47,378 bases of DNA, taken from contig JBGUGD010000021.1 of the NCBI GenBank assembly GCA_041697335.1, forward strand, positions 1 through 47,378, given 5' to 3'. Source of the DNA: Vampirovibrionaceae bacterium NZW_1234 (lineage in GTDB: Bacteria; Cyanobacteriota; Vampirovibrionia; Vampirovibrionales; JAGQHJ01). Position 1 is the first letter of the stretch; each line of letters starts with the position of its first letter. This document shows positions 29,706 to 39,188 of this stretch, piece by piece. The notes under the pieces were generated by a model. The model was given only the letters and a program-made list of their open reading frames with translations, had not been told where the DNA came from and made no database searches. A program made the position numbers and the translations under genes.

Positions 29706-31016
29706 TTAATGCTGTTTCTGAGGCGATTTGGCGCCTTGAATGGCCTCGAACAAGGCGCGCTCAATCTGCAAGATCAACTGCTCGGCCGCTTTTTTCTTGT
29801 CCTGAAGAAAGGCCTCGAAATGATCCCGTAAGTCAATGGGCTCCAATACCTGCAAGACCACCGTTCTCGGATGGCGAAACAGATACTCGCCGAAGACTTC
29901 TTTTTCAAAGCGGCGAATCATTTCCACGTGGCGTTCCGGCGTCATGTCCGGGTGAAGATAGCCGTCATAAATCGCGATAAAATTCACCAGCCGATCCAGA
30001 TCCCAGTAAAAATGCTTCAGCACCGCTTTCTGGTGTTGATACAGACGGTGCTGATAGGCCGTCATTTCTTCAGGATGGCTGTCCTTTAAAACTTTATCCA
30101 CCGCATTGCGGATACGGCGAATCCGATCGAGATAACTCAAATGCCCATCCAGCGGTAAGTTTACGACCTGTTCCAACTTGCACAGAATAAAATGCTCCAA
30201 CCCCCGAATCTGATCATCCAACGGCTCAGACGGGGTTAAGGCATACCCGAACTGCTGGGCCGATTGCTCTAAAACCCGGTAACCCAGTTGGCGAAGACGT
30301 TCAAAAGTCGTTTTACCCGTTCCGTCCAAACCGGTGGCCTTCTCCAACTGGCGGACAGCCTGCTCGATATGGTCCTCCAAATGCCGGGCCTCGTAAAAGT
30401 ACCGCAAAGCAATGGGGCACACGTACAGCGACGGCAGCCGGGAAAGATCTTTGTCCACCTGCCGGAACATCTCCTGCATCGCTAAAAAGCCCAGCTGCAC
30501 CACCCCCGGCTCCAAGGGCAGCAACGAATCGTTCTGGTTCGAAATCTCCCCCTCCACGAAAATCACCAGACGCCCGCGATTGTTCGCCAGAATGTCCTTC
30601 GTCGTCCGGAACGACTCCTTGTCACTCGCCCCGCGAACCACCGAATAACACCCCATGGTCTGTAACAACCACCCCTGCAACTTGTACGCCCGATCAAACA
30701 CCTCCCGGGCCGCAACGTAAAAGAATCCCTCGTTCAAACGGCGAGCCAAGGCCACCAACGCCCACGGATCCCACGGCGACGGATGATTGGGCAACAACAA
30801 ACACCGCTGCCCCCGAAGCCGCCGCAATCGGTCCAGGGACGCCTCATCAATGGACACCGAAAAACGCTTCAATGTGTACCGAAACCAAAAGGGCAACGTC
30901 GTATAAATAAACCACTGCATCAACCCACTGGGCCTCGGTGGACAAAACACCATCCCGCTGGTCTTCGCCACCGCCTCCTTCGCTGTCCCACCAATCGCCA
31001 GTATCGCCATACGCAC
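29706..31016 (-). CDS. PlsC-family lysophospholipid/glycerol-phosphate acyltransferase
   Basis: NHPSPWD (HX4D) and IFVEGE motifs; GGAG RBS before GTG. Confidence 0.85.
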   Translation of the reverse strand: MRMAILAIGGTAKEAVAKTSGMVFCPPRPSGLMQWFIYTTLPFWFRYTLKRFSVSIDEASLDRLRRLRGQRCLLLPNHPSPWDPWALVALARRLNEGFFYVAAREVFDRAYKLQGWLLQTMGCYSVVRGASDKESFRTTKDILANNRGRLVIFVEGEISNQNDSLLPLEPGVVQLGFLAMQEMFRQVDKDLSRLPSLYVCPIALRYFYEARHLEDHIEQAVRQLEKATGLDGTGKTTFERLRQLGYRVLEQSAQQFGYALTPSEPLDDQIRGLEHFILCKLEQVVNLPLDGHLSYLDRIRRIRNAVDKVLKDSHPEEMTAYQHRLYQHQKAVLKHFYWDLDRLVNFIAIYDGYLHPDMTPERHVEMIRRFEKEVFGEYLFRHPRTVVLQVLEPIDLRDHFEAFLQDKKKAAEQLILQIERALFEAIQGAKSPQKQH

Positions 31017-31026
31017 CTTGCTCCAA

Positions 31027-31345
31027 AAACCTACCCTAACATATCACATGTATGGTCGACAGGCATGAGGCGGGAGGAGGTTTTCTTGGGGGCTTTGCCC
31101 CCAAACCCCCACCAAAGGGCCAGATGGCCCCTTGGAACCCCGGACGGTCCGGCTTGGACGGGGGCAGGGTTTTGTGTTTGCCTCGATTTTTCGTGCCGGA
31201 GGCCCCCATCCAAGCCGGACCTCTTGGTGGGTTGCCTGAACCGCTCATGCCCTTTTGATGGCCATTTGCCTGCCATGCCCCCCCATGAATCCCTCCGCCC
31301 ACCGCATGCCCGTCACCCGTGCCTGTGATATGTTCGGTTGGGTTT
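31027..31345. repeat. element with ~45-bp imperfect inverted arms and an internal hairpin
   Basis: aacatatcaca (31038-48)/tgtgatatgtt (31324-34) perfect core within longer arms; internal 18/19 inverted repeat 31147-65/31202-20. Confidence 0.75.
31082..31146 (+). repeat. REP-like double-hairpin unit A
   Basis: ttgggggc-ttt-gcccccaa plus ccaaagggcc-agat-ggccccttgg; inverted relative to unit B. Confidence 0.8.
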
Positions 31346-31629
31346 CCGAGGCGAGGCGCATAGCCAAAGCCGGTGGCTTTGGTCTGCTCAATACAGGCTT
31401 TGCTGGCGAGACAGATCTGCTCTCCTGACGGGAGAGCTGCTGATACCTCCCTCTAAAGTTCCCGCCCCCATCGGGGGCGCAGAACGACGCCCGTCTTCTT
31501 GGCGGCCTGTCTCCAAACGCCAGACAATGGTTCAAACGTGTATCAAGACAACCCAAGAGTTCTGGGCAGCCGGGGCCCGCAGACAGGGGTATGGCTCATG
31601 GCACGAAGGACGGCCCCGGATGACCAGAA

Positions 31630-31695
31630 CGTCCCGGGAGTCCAGAGGGCCGTAAGGTCCTTTGGCAGGGGTTTGGGGACAGCGTCCCCAAGAAA
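31630..31695 (-). repeat. REP-like double-hairpin unit B
   Basis: Reverse complement TTTCTTGGGGACGCTGTCCCCAAACCCCTGCCAAAGGACCTTACGGCCCTCTGGACTCCCGG aligns with unit A. Confidence 0.8.
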
Positions 31696-31727
31696 GAGGA
31701 CGTATTACGCCCCCAATGAAGCTGGAG

Positions 31728-33917
31728 TTATTTGGAGGTCTTCTTGGGACGGCCGCGGCGGGGTTTGTCGTCGGAGGGTTTGGCTTTGGCGCTGGGGCGT
31801 CCGCGACGACGGGGCGCAGTGGCTTCGGTTTCTTCTTCGGAGGGGGATTCGTCCTCGTCGGAGTCGTCGGTGTCCTCGTCTTCGTCTTCGGTGTCGTATT
31901 CTTCCGAGTCGAAGCCCAGGCGTTGCTGGACCATCAAATTGGGTGCTGGCAGAGCCGGTGCGGCTTCGTCATCATCCTCTTCGGTGACGGGTTCGGCGTC
32001 GAATTCATCGACACGGTCATAGTCGGCAGCCAGGCCTTCACGGGCGTCCATGTCATCGACGTCCAGTTCACGGCGGCGGACGGCGGGACCCACGGGAACG
32101 AGTTCCGGCTCGTCCTCGGTTTCAATGTCACTTTCGACGTCAAAGGGCACGGGTTCCATGTCAGGCCGAGGAGGACGTTCGCCGCGATCACGGCGGTCAT
32201 GACGGTCATGACGGTCATGACGTTGATGCCGGGGCGGTTGCTGGTAATCAATTTCGGGGGCCTGTTCGATGACTTCGCCTTCAACGATTTCCTCGAATTC
32301 GGTGTCCATTTCGCCCATAAAGCCGGCGCCTTCAATGGCATCAACCAGGGTAAAGACGTCGCTGGCTTTGGGGTTGATACGGACGACAATGGAGTTGATG
32401 CCCAGTGGCAGGCGGGCCAGCTTGACGATGTTGGCCAGGCGGATGCCGAGCTTTTTCACCAGGCGGTGTTTGTAGAGTTCTTCCGGTGTCATGCTCTCTG
32501 TGGCGGCTTTTTCTTCTTTTTCAGCCACTTCTTTGGAGCGTTGCAGGAAGCCTTCCCGAAGGGGTTCGGTGGCTCTGGGGTCGATAAGCTTGCGCAGGGT
32601 TTGAGCGCCCGGTTTCGGCAGCGCTTCTTTCTGTTGTTGCTGGCCACCACGTTGCTGGCGAATTGGCAGCTTGTGACGTCCGGCGCCGCGACCCACATCG
32701 GTGGGCATCCAGTTGAGGTCATCCAGGGTCAGGCCGGTGCCGCCGCAGGTAATACATTTTTTGGTAAAGATTTCGCTCAAGCTTTGGCCTTGTCTGTGGC
32801 GGGTCATTTCGACGAGGCCGAGGTCAGACAGTTGGCCAATTTGGGGCTTGGCTTTATCTGCCGAAAGCTCCATTTCGAAGCTTTCCAGAACGGAAAGCTG
32901 GTTGGCCCGGCTTTCCATATCGATAAAGTCGACGATGATCATCCCGCCGATATTGCGCAGGCGCAGTTGTCGGGCGATTTCCTTGGAGGCTTCCAGGTTG
33001 GTGAGGCGGATGGTTTCGGCTTGCGATTGCAGGCTGGTGAACTTACCGCTGTTGACGTCAATGACGGTCAAGGCTTCGGTGGGCTGGATGTAGAGGTAGC
33101 CGCCGCTGGGAAGGGGGACTTTGGTTTGCAGGGCCAGTTTGATTTCCTTGTCGATGCCGGCACCGATCATAATGCTTTGCTGACCGCTGTAGAGGGTCAC
33201 TTTGACGGGGTGTTCGATGCCCCAGTTCTGTAACAGCTGGTTGGCGCGCTGTTGGCCGAATTGGGTATCCACGACGATTTCTTTGACATCTTCGGTCACC
33301 ATTTCCCGGATGACGCGATAGAGCAGGTCCTGGTCCCGATAGAGCAGGGTGGGTGGCTTGGCGGTATCGGCCATGGCCACGATGTTTTGCCACCGTTCGA
33401 TGAGGGTTTCAAAGTCTTCCTGGATTTCAGGTTCGGATTGATTTTCAGCTTCCGTCCGGATGATCACGCCGACGCCGGGAGGTTTCATCAGGCTGACGGT
33501 GGATTTCAACCGGGAGCGTTCTTTGGTTTCGGCAATTTTGCGGCTGATGCTGATGCCTTTGGATTCGGGCATCAGGACGAGAAAGCGGCCCGGAAGGGCG
33601 AGGTTTGTGGTGACCCGGGGACCTTTGTGTCCGGTGGGTTCTTTCATGACCTGGACCACGATATTTTGTTTGGGTTGCAATCGGTTTTTCAGATCGCCTT
33701 TACCCTGGACGTCACTGGAGTGCAGGAAGCCCATGCGCTCGGTGCCGACATTGACGAATGCTGCATCGATACTGGGTAAAATATTTTCAACTTGCGCTAA
33801 ATAAACATCCCCAAGCAAAACATCGCCTCTGTGAATAATGAATTCGACGGCGACGTCGTCTTCAAACAACACAGCGATGTTATCTCGCTCGGAGATAACA
33901 ATTTTTTGCTTACCCAT
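31728..33917 (-). CDS. rne: ribonuclease E/G family
   Basis: S1 domain (NILPSIDAAFVNVG), KEPTGHKGPR, VIDVNSG, RLRNIGGMIIVDFIDM, CxxC zinc link; acidic disordered C-terminus. Confidence 0.95.
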   Translation of the reverse strand: MGKQKIVISERDNIAVLFEDDVAVEFIIHRGDVLLGDVYLAQVENILPSIDAAFVNVGTERMGFLHSSDVQGKGDLKNRLQPKQNIVVQVMKEPTGHKGPRVTTNLALPGRFLVLMPESKGISISRKIAETKERSRLKSTVSLMKPPGVGVIIRTEAENQSEPEIQEDFETLIERWQNIVAMADTAKPPTLLYRDQDLLYRVIREMVTEDVKEIVVDTQFGQQRANQLLQNWGIEHPVKVTLYSGQQSIMIGAGIDKEIKLALQTKVPLPSGGYLYIQPTEALTVIDVNSGKFTSLQSQAETIRLTNLEASKEIARQLRLRNIGGMIIVDFIDMESRANQLSVLESFEMELSADKAKPQIGQLSDLGLVEMTRHRQGQSLSEIFTKKCITCGGTGLTLDDLNWMPTDVGRGAGRHKLPIRQQRGGQQQQKEALPKPGAQTLRKLIDPRATEPLREGFLQRSKEVAEKEEKAATESMTPEELYKHRLVKKLGIRLANIVKLARLPLGINSIVVRINPKASDVFTLVDAIEGAGFMGEMDTEFEEIVEGEVIEQAPEIDYQQPPRHQRHDRHDRHDRRDRGERPPRPDMEPVPFDVESDIETEDEPELVPVGPAVRRRELDVDDMDAREGLAADYDRVDEFDAEPVTEEDDDEAAPALPAPNLMVQQRLGFDSEEYDTEDEDEDTDDSDEDESPSEEETEATAPRRRGRPSAKAKPSDDKPRRGRPKKTSK

Positions 33918-33940
33918 GTGATAAAAAATCCTTATTGATG

Positions 33941-36481
33941 TTAAACGTTAACAACGTGAATCTCATTTAAACCAACTTTCAAACGGGTTGTTTCCCAGGA
34001 CCCCTGGGGGTCCAACAAACCTAAAAACCAACTCGGCTTCACCGTAGGGTATTGCCGATCCACTCGAATTGTAAATTCAATTACGTCGTCGGAACTGAAT
34101 CTAATGTTTTCGATGAAAGGTTTTATATCAAGTCTTTCTGAGGCTTTTTTCCTCTCGATATCCACTTCCCAAGCGGGGAGGGATTCGAGATCCTTAACCC
34201 TCTCAGATAAAGTATACCGTGTTTCTGAAAAACTACAAGTCCATCGACTAGAGTAAATCAAGTATCGAAGCGACTTGTCCAAACTTGAGGAATGTAACGG
34301 GATCCATTCGCAATGTAAAATTTTTCCATCGTCCGGCAGATGCTCATTCAGGCGGTCCATGAGGTAGGGGACATGGTCGACCATATCGAGGTCGATGTAC
34401 TCGGCCAGACCTTGGGTAAACAGGGGCAGGGCGGGACCAAAGGAAATGCGCGGACTGGGGTTAAACCCTTGGGAGTAGGCCACAGGCAGTTCGGCCCGGA
34501 AGACGGCGCGATGGATCATGCGCAGCCAATCCAGGTGGGAGATGTATTTCAGATCGCCTTTTTTCTGAATGGTGAGTCGGGCCGTCCGGGTGGGCATGCG
34601 GAACACTTCTTCGCGCGAGCGTTTGGCCTGGGTATTTTTGGACTCAAAGGTGGCCATTTCCGAGGGCTTCATAAACACCGGCTGAACGCCAAAGTCGTGG
34701 CACACGCCGCAGGTGTTGCATCCTACAAAGCATGGGTCACTGGTTTGGGTGGCCAGGGATTTTTCAAACTCGTCGCGCAGCCAGGTTTTATCCAGCCCGA
34801 GGTCAATACAATCCCAGGGCAGGGGTTCCAGCAGGTTCGTGTAGGTATGGGCCGTATACTGATCAGGGTCGATGCCCATGTCCTGGAGCGACTCAAACCA
34901 TTCGGCAAACAGGAGATTTTCTTCCCAGGCATCGAGGTAGGCGCCTTTGTTGTAGGCGCTTTCGATGACGTCGGCCATGCGGGCGTCGCCCTTGGAAATC
35001 ACGGCTTCCAGTTTGCTGATTTCGGCATCGGTAAAATTCAATTTTACGCCTTTCAAGGGGCGGAAGGCGTCTCTCAGGAACTGGCGCTTGCGGTTCAATT
35101 CGGCCATGGAATCCTGGGGAAACCACTGGAACGGGGTATGTGGCTTGGGGACAAAATTGGACAGGGTGACATTCACGTCCAGGTGTTTTTTATGGGATTT
35201 TTTCGTATCCCGATCAATGGCGCCGCAGACCTGTTGCATCTTGGCGACCAGGTCGGCGATGGCTTGCAGATCGTCGTCGGTTTCCGTGGGCAGGCCGATA
35301 ATAAAATAGAGTTTGACCTTGTTCCACCCGGCTTTATAGGACGAGGTAACGGCATTTAAAATTTCTTTTTCCGTCAGGTTCTTGTTAATCACAGCCCGAA
35401 GACGCTCGGAACCGGCTTCGGGAGCAAAGGTCAGCGTACTTTTGCGGACCTGTTGCACCGCTTCGGCGACTTCAATATCAAAGCGATCGGCACGCTGGCT
35501 GGGCAGCGATATGGAGACGCCTTTGTCCTGAAGGGCGTCGGCCACTTCGTGAATCAAGGGTTTCAGCTGCGAGTAGTCGGCAATGGACAGCGACAGGAGC
35601 GAGCACTCTTCATAGCCGGTTTTGGCGATCTCTTTGAGGGCCTGTTCGCGAATGGTATCGATTTTTTGTTCCCGAACCGGCAGGTTGATAAAGCAGGGCT
35701 GGCAGAACCGGCACATCCGGTCACAGCCGCGACGGGCTTCAATGGTCACCCGATCGTGAACGGTTTGGATAAAGGGAATGAGAGGGGCCAGTTCCACGGT
35801 GGATTGGGAAATATCAAAAATGCGCTTGCGGGCGGTTTTGCTGATACCAGGAACGAAGACACCTTCCAGTTGGCTCATGGCCGTGCGAGTCTCGGGCTTG
35901 CTCCAGCCTTCGGCCTTGGCCCGGGCCAACAGGTCCATCAGTTCAATCAGAACTTCCTCGCCATCGCCGATAATAAAGGCATCGAAGAAGGGGGCCAGGG
36001 GCATGGGGTTGCCGCTGCCGGGGCCACCGGCAATCAGGATGGGGGTTTGCCAGTCCGGGCGATGTTCGGTTCTGAAGGGAATCTGGGCCGAGTCCAATAC
36101 ACCGAGAATCGTGGTGTAATTCAGCTCGTATTGCAGGGTAAAGGCCAGCAATTCAAAGTTTTTCAGAGGAAGCAGGGTTTCGACCCCATATAAAGGAGTA
36201 TTGGTTTCTTTAAGCAAATCCCGCATGTCGTGGGCCGCGGCGTAGGCCCGGTCGCAGAGGTAATCGGGGTGGTTGTTGACCAGACTGTACAAGAGCTTGT
36301 GCCCGTAATTGGAAACCCCGATCTCGTAGAGATCCGGAAAGATCATCGCCATACGAACCTTGACCGAATTCGGGTCTTTTCGGAAGGCGCCGACTTCCAT
36401 CCCCAAATAGCGGGCCGGTTTATTAACCCGTGAGAGAATATGGTGTTCTAAAAATTGGCGATCGAGCGTGGGCAATGACAT
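33941..36481 (-). CDS. TIGR03960-type radical SAM protein fused to a TIGR03936/DUF2344-like domain
   Basis: KPARYLG.E, FPDLYEIG, RGCDRMCRFC (CX3CX2C), FVPKPHTPFQW; C-terminal YISHLD...YSQGFNP.PRISF. Confidence 0.9.
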   Translation of the reverse strand: MSLPTLDRQFLEHHILSRVNKPARYLGMEVGAFRKDPNSVKVRMAMIFPDLYEIGVSNYGHKLLYSLVNNHPDYLCDRAYAAAHDMRDLLKETNTPLYGVETLLPLKNFELLAFTLQYELNYTTILGVLDSAQIPFRTEHRPDWQTPILIAGGPGSGNPMPLAPFFDAFIIGDGEEVLIELMDLLARAKAEGWSKPETRTAMSQLEGVFVPGISKTARKRIFDISQSTVELAPLIPFIQTVHDRVTIEARRGCDRMCRFCQPCFINLPVREQKIDTIREQALKEIAKTGYEECSLLSLSIADYSQLKPLIHEVADALQDKGVSISLPSQRADRFDIEVAEAVQQVRKSTLTFAPEAGSERLRAVINKNLTEKEILNAVTSSYKAGWNKVKLYFIIGLPTETDDDLQAIADLVAKMQQVCGAIDRDTKKSHKKHLDVNVTLSNFVPKPHTPFQWFPQDSMAELNRKRQFLRDAFRPLKGVKLNFTDAEISKLEAVISKGDARMADVIESAYNKGAYLDAWEENLLFAEWFESLQDMGIDPDQYTAHTYTNLLEPLPWDCIDLGLDKTWLRDEFEKSLATQTSDPCFVGCNTCGVCHDFGVQPVFMKPSEMATFESKNTQAKRSREEVFRMPTRTARLTIQKKGDLKYISHLDWLRMIHRAVFRAELPVAYSQGFNPSPRISFGPALPLFTQGLAEYIDLDMVDHVPYLMDRLNEHLPDDGKILHCEWIPLHSSSLDKSLRYLIYSSRWTCSFSETRYTLSERVKDLESLPAWEVDIERKKASERLDIKPFIENIRFSSDDVIEFTIRVDRQYPTVKPSWFLGLLDPQGSWETTRLKVGLNEIHVVNV

Positions 36482-36542
36482 GTGGTTCAGTCAAATTAAT
36501 TGTCAAATCGGTGTCTGCGCGGTGAATCTTTAATTCACACGT

Positions 36543-36570
36543 ATTATACCAGAGTCCCACCTTGAGTCAA
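36543..36570 (-). promoter_or_regulatory. sigma70 promoter of the radical SAM-rne operon
   Basis: TTGACT-16-TATAAT with extended TGn. Confidence 0.7.
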
Positions 36571-36793
36571 AACTTAAATCCTGCCCTTTGCCCATGTCAG
36601 GGTCCCGGATGGCGGGGCCAAGGGGGCGTCATTGCGCTCTGAGGAATTCGGATGCCTACCTGATCGGCGCAATCCAACTGGCCATAGAAGCGGAAAGATT
36701 CGCTGTTCAGGTAATGACGAGGCACATCTATTTCGCTAGGCTGACATCGGATTCCGTAGGTTGGCTATTTCCAAAGCAATAGGAGGTTTATTC

Positions 36794-37531
36794 ATGAAAC
36801 TAATGATGCGGCAATTTTTGGCCTCAACCCTGATGTTGGGCTTGGTTGTCGGTATGGCCGGGTGTACTACCACCCGAAATACCGAAATAGGTACTGATGA
36901 AACCATAGAAGACCGGCAGCTGAGTGAGGGCGTTGCAGAAGACGCCGGTCGGACACGGGAAACGGTGTCGGATCGGGTTGTGGTCCAGACCGGTGACAGT
37001 GAAGCTACCAAATATCAGGAATCAGAGCAGCTCGAGCGGCCCGTGGCCGGAACAACCGGGAGCAATAACGCCCGGCAGGAATTGCAACGGCTTCAAACCA
37101 ACCAGTCCCCGGATTACTATGTTTCCCGTCTGAAAGATATGGGCTACCAGGTAAGAGATACCCGCACCTCCGGGAATCAAATTACGCACCAGGTGGAGAA
37201 GAACGGGGAACAATACCAGGTGGTGCTGCAAAAAAATCAAAATAACCGCATTTCCAGTGTGAACGTCCGAGATATGGACAATGGTGCCACGGCCGGCAAC
37301 CGCAACCGTCAGGATCGCCAGGCGATTGTCCAGCGGGTAAAAAATATGCAGACCGGCAAAGACCCCATTGAGTACCTGACCCAGATGGATCGTCTCGGAC
37401 GGGTGACAGAGTACCGGGTGCAAGGCAACCAGGCCGTGGTTCGCCTCCAGGATGCCAATAACAAGATGGTGCGGGTGACCATGCAACTGGATCCCCAAAG
37501 CCAAACCGTGAGCAACATCCGAACTGAATAA
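36794..37531 (+). CDS. lipoprotein with two tandem PepSY-like repeats
   Basis: AGGAGG RBS; lipobox MAGC; two related ~65-aa units. Confidence 0.8.
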   Translation: MKLMMRQFLASTLMLGLVVGMAGCTTTRNTEIGTDETIEDRQLSEGVAEDAGRTRETVSDRVVVQTGDSEATKYQESEQLERPVAGTTGSNNARQELQRLQTNQSPDYYVSRLKDMGYQVRDTRTSGNQITHQVEKNGEQYQVVLQKNQNNRISSVNVRDMDNGATAGNRNRQDRQAIVQRVKNMQTGKDPIEYLTQMDRLGRVTEYRVQGNQAVVRLQDANNKMVRVTMQLDPQSQTVSNIRTE

Positions 37532-37550
37532 CCAAAACAACGGTCTTTCC

Positions 37551-37583
37551 AAATTCAGGCGGCACACTGCCGCCTGAATTTTT
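37551..37583 (+). terminator. intrinsic terminator
   Basis: aaattcaggcggca-cac-tgccgcctgaattt followed by T run. Confidence 0.88.
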
Positions 37584-38088
37584 GGAATGTTTTTCGCGTG
37601 GTTTAGCTTGGTCCCGGATGAACGTCCTGATCCTGGAGGAGACTGCCTTTAGGAGGAATGACCGGTTTCGGGTGTTGGGTACACTGTTTCGCTCTCATCA
37701 TCGGTAACGCGGTGGACCTTGGTAAAAACCCTCCGGCCAGGCGACTGTGCTTGGTGTAGTAGTGATACGAAAATTAAATCTGTTTTTGAAGCAATTAGCC
37801 ATCAGAGGGATTAAGAATAAAAGTAACTATATAAGAAATAGAAATGAATAGAATCCTTGCCTGGAAGAGTGCTTGTTTAAACAAGTCTTTTTAATAATAT
37901 GACGAATCAGATAAGAAGTTAGTTGAAAAATAATCATTGCGATATTGAGGTTTGGTTGACGAAGACACTGTCAGAGTGCAGATATCCACCTTTGATTTCA
38001 ATAAACACGATGCTATGATGAGTTTCTCAAGAGTTGCAGTGATGTTACTTGAGTCCTAAAAGTAAAGTTCAAGTGAGGTGTTCACACC

Positions 38089-38730
38089 ATGAATAAACTC
38101 GTTCTGAGTTCTTTAATCTTGTGTTCTGTAGTAGCGTCTTCCGTGGCCATTGCCGCCGATAACTGGGGAAATACCTTCAGCAAGTCCACCACCCAAACCA
38201 CCACTGTGGGTTCCTTGCATGATTACACCCGCTCCGATGCCCTTCCGAGCGATACCCCTTATATGAATACTGCTCCTGGCCGTCCGATGTACTACGGGTC
38301 CAAAGACAATCTGCCGGAAGGTGAAACCAACGTTTCCTCCCCGGTCACCCGTAAAACCAATATTCTGACCAGCCGCGTGTACCGCAACACCAACGAAGAT
38401 CTGGATTTGATGGGGAAAGATTTCTCCAAACGCCACATCGTGTTGGGCCGTTTCAACAACGCTGACTTGTCTGGCGCCAACTTCCGCGAGTCCATCCTGG
38501 TGGAATCCAGATTCCGGGGTGCTGACTTGGCCGGTGCCAACTTCACCGACGCCAAATTGGCCGGTGCCGACTTGGCCAACGCCAACCTCCATGGTGCCGA
38601 CCTGCGTAACGCTGACTTGACCGCCACCAACGTGAAGGGTGCGAACTTCACCGGCGCCAAGTACAACCGGAATACCTTCTTCCCCAACGGCTTCATTCCG
38701 GAGCGTCATCAAATGATTCTGGTTCCCTAG
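38089..38730 (+). CDS. secreted pentapeptide-repeat protein
   Basis: Signal peptide (...SVAIAA); A(D/N)(L/F)xx repeats; GAGGTG RBS. Confidence 0.9.
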   Translation: MNKLVLSSLILCSVVASSVAIAADNWGNTFSKSTTQTTTVGSLHDYTRSDALPSDTPYMNTAPGRPMYYGSKDNLPEGETNVSSPVTRKTNILTSRVYRNTNEDLDLMGKDFSKRHIVLGRFNNADLSGANFRESILVESRFRGADLAGANFTDAKLAGADLANANLHGADLRNADLTATNVKGANFTGAKYNRNTFFPNGFIPERHQMILVP

Positions 38731-38755
38731 TTTTTCTAGCGAACCCCGAATACCC

Positions 38756-38787
38756 AAGACGCCCTCAGCAATGGGGGCGTCTTTTTT
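38756..38787 (+). terminator. intrinsic terminator
   Basis: aagacgccctc-agcaat-gggggcgtctt followed by T run. Confidence 0.88.
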
Positions 38788-39188
38788 GTGCTCTCCTGTT
38801 GCTTCGCTTAGGGTGTTGACCTTGGGCTGTTGAGGAATGAGAAGTATCTTGCTTTTAAAACCTCTAAAGAAGGCTTCTATATAACCCGAATAGTATGTGT
38901 GTGGGTGAAAGAATGAATCATAACGCCAGTATTGGCTTGATAATATTAAAAAAATCCAAAGAAATTCAGGATTTTGGGTTATTGATATATAATAAAGATA
39001 TAGAAAAATAAAAACACTGAAAACGGAAAATCGCGTAAAACCGCGTGAAATCAGTCAAAAAATAAATTTTCAAGGACCCATGCGCCAAACCGACCCTCAA
39101 TACAATCAAAAAAATATCGCTGAAAGCCAATCAGCATCAGTCTTTTGGCGATTTGCTCATGCCTGCTCTCGAGGCACACCCCATCAGG

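Noticed and set aside
31027..31727. RNase P RNA or tmRNA in the structured intergenic gap
   Set aside because: No GAGGAAAGTCC or tmRNA terminal motifs seen on either strand.
31662..33233. 523-aa plus-strand ORF
   Set aside because: Antisense shadow of rne; the same applies to other long opposite-strand ORFs (34340-35359, 40249-41067, 42994-43944, 38113-38757).
36601..37627. Recurrent gg(t/c)cccggatg word at 31612, 36601 and 37610
   Set aside because: Only ~11 bp of GC-rich match; not distinguishable from chance without a genome-wide count.
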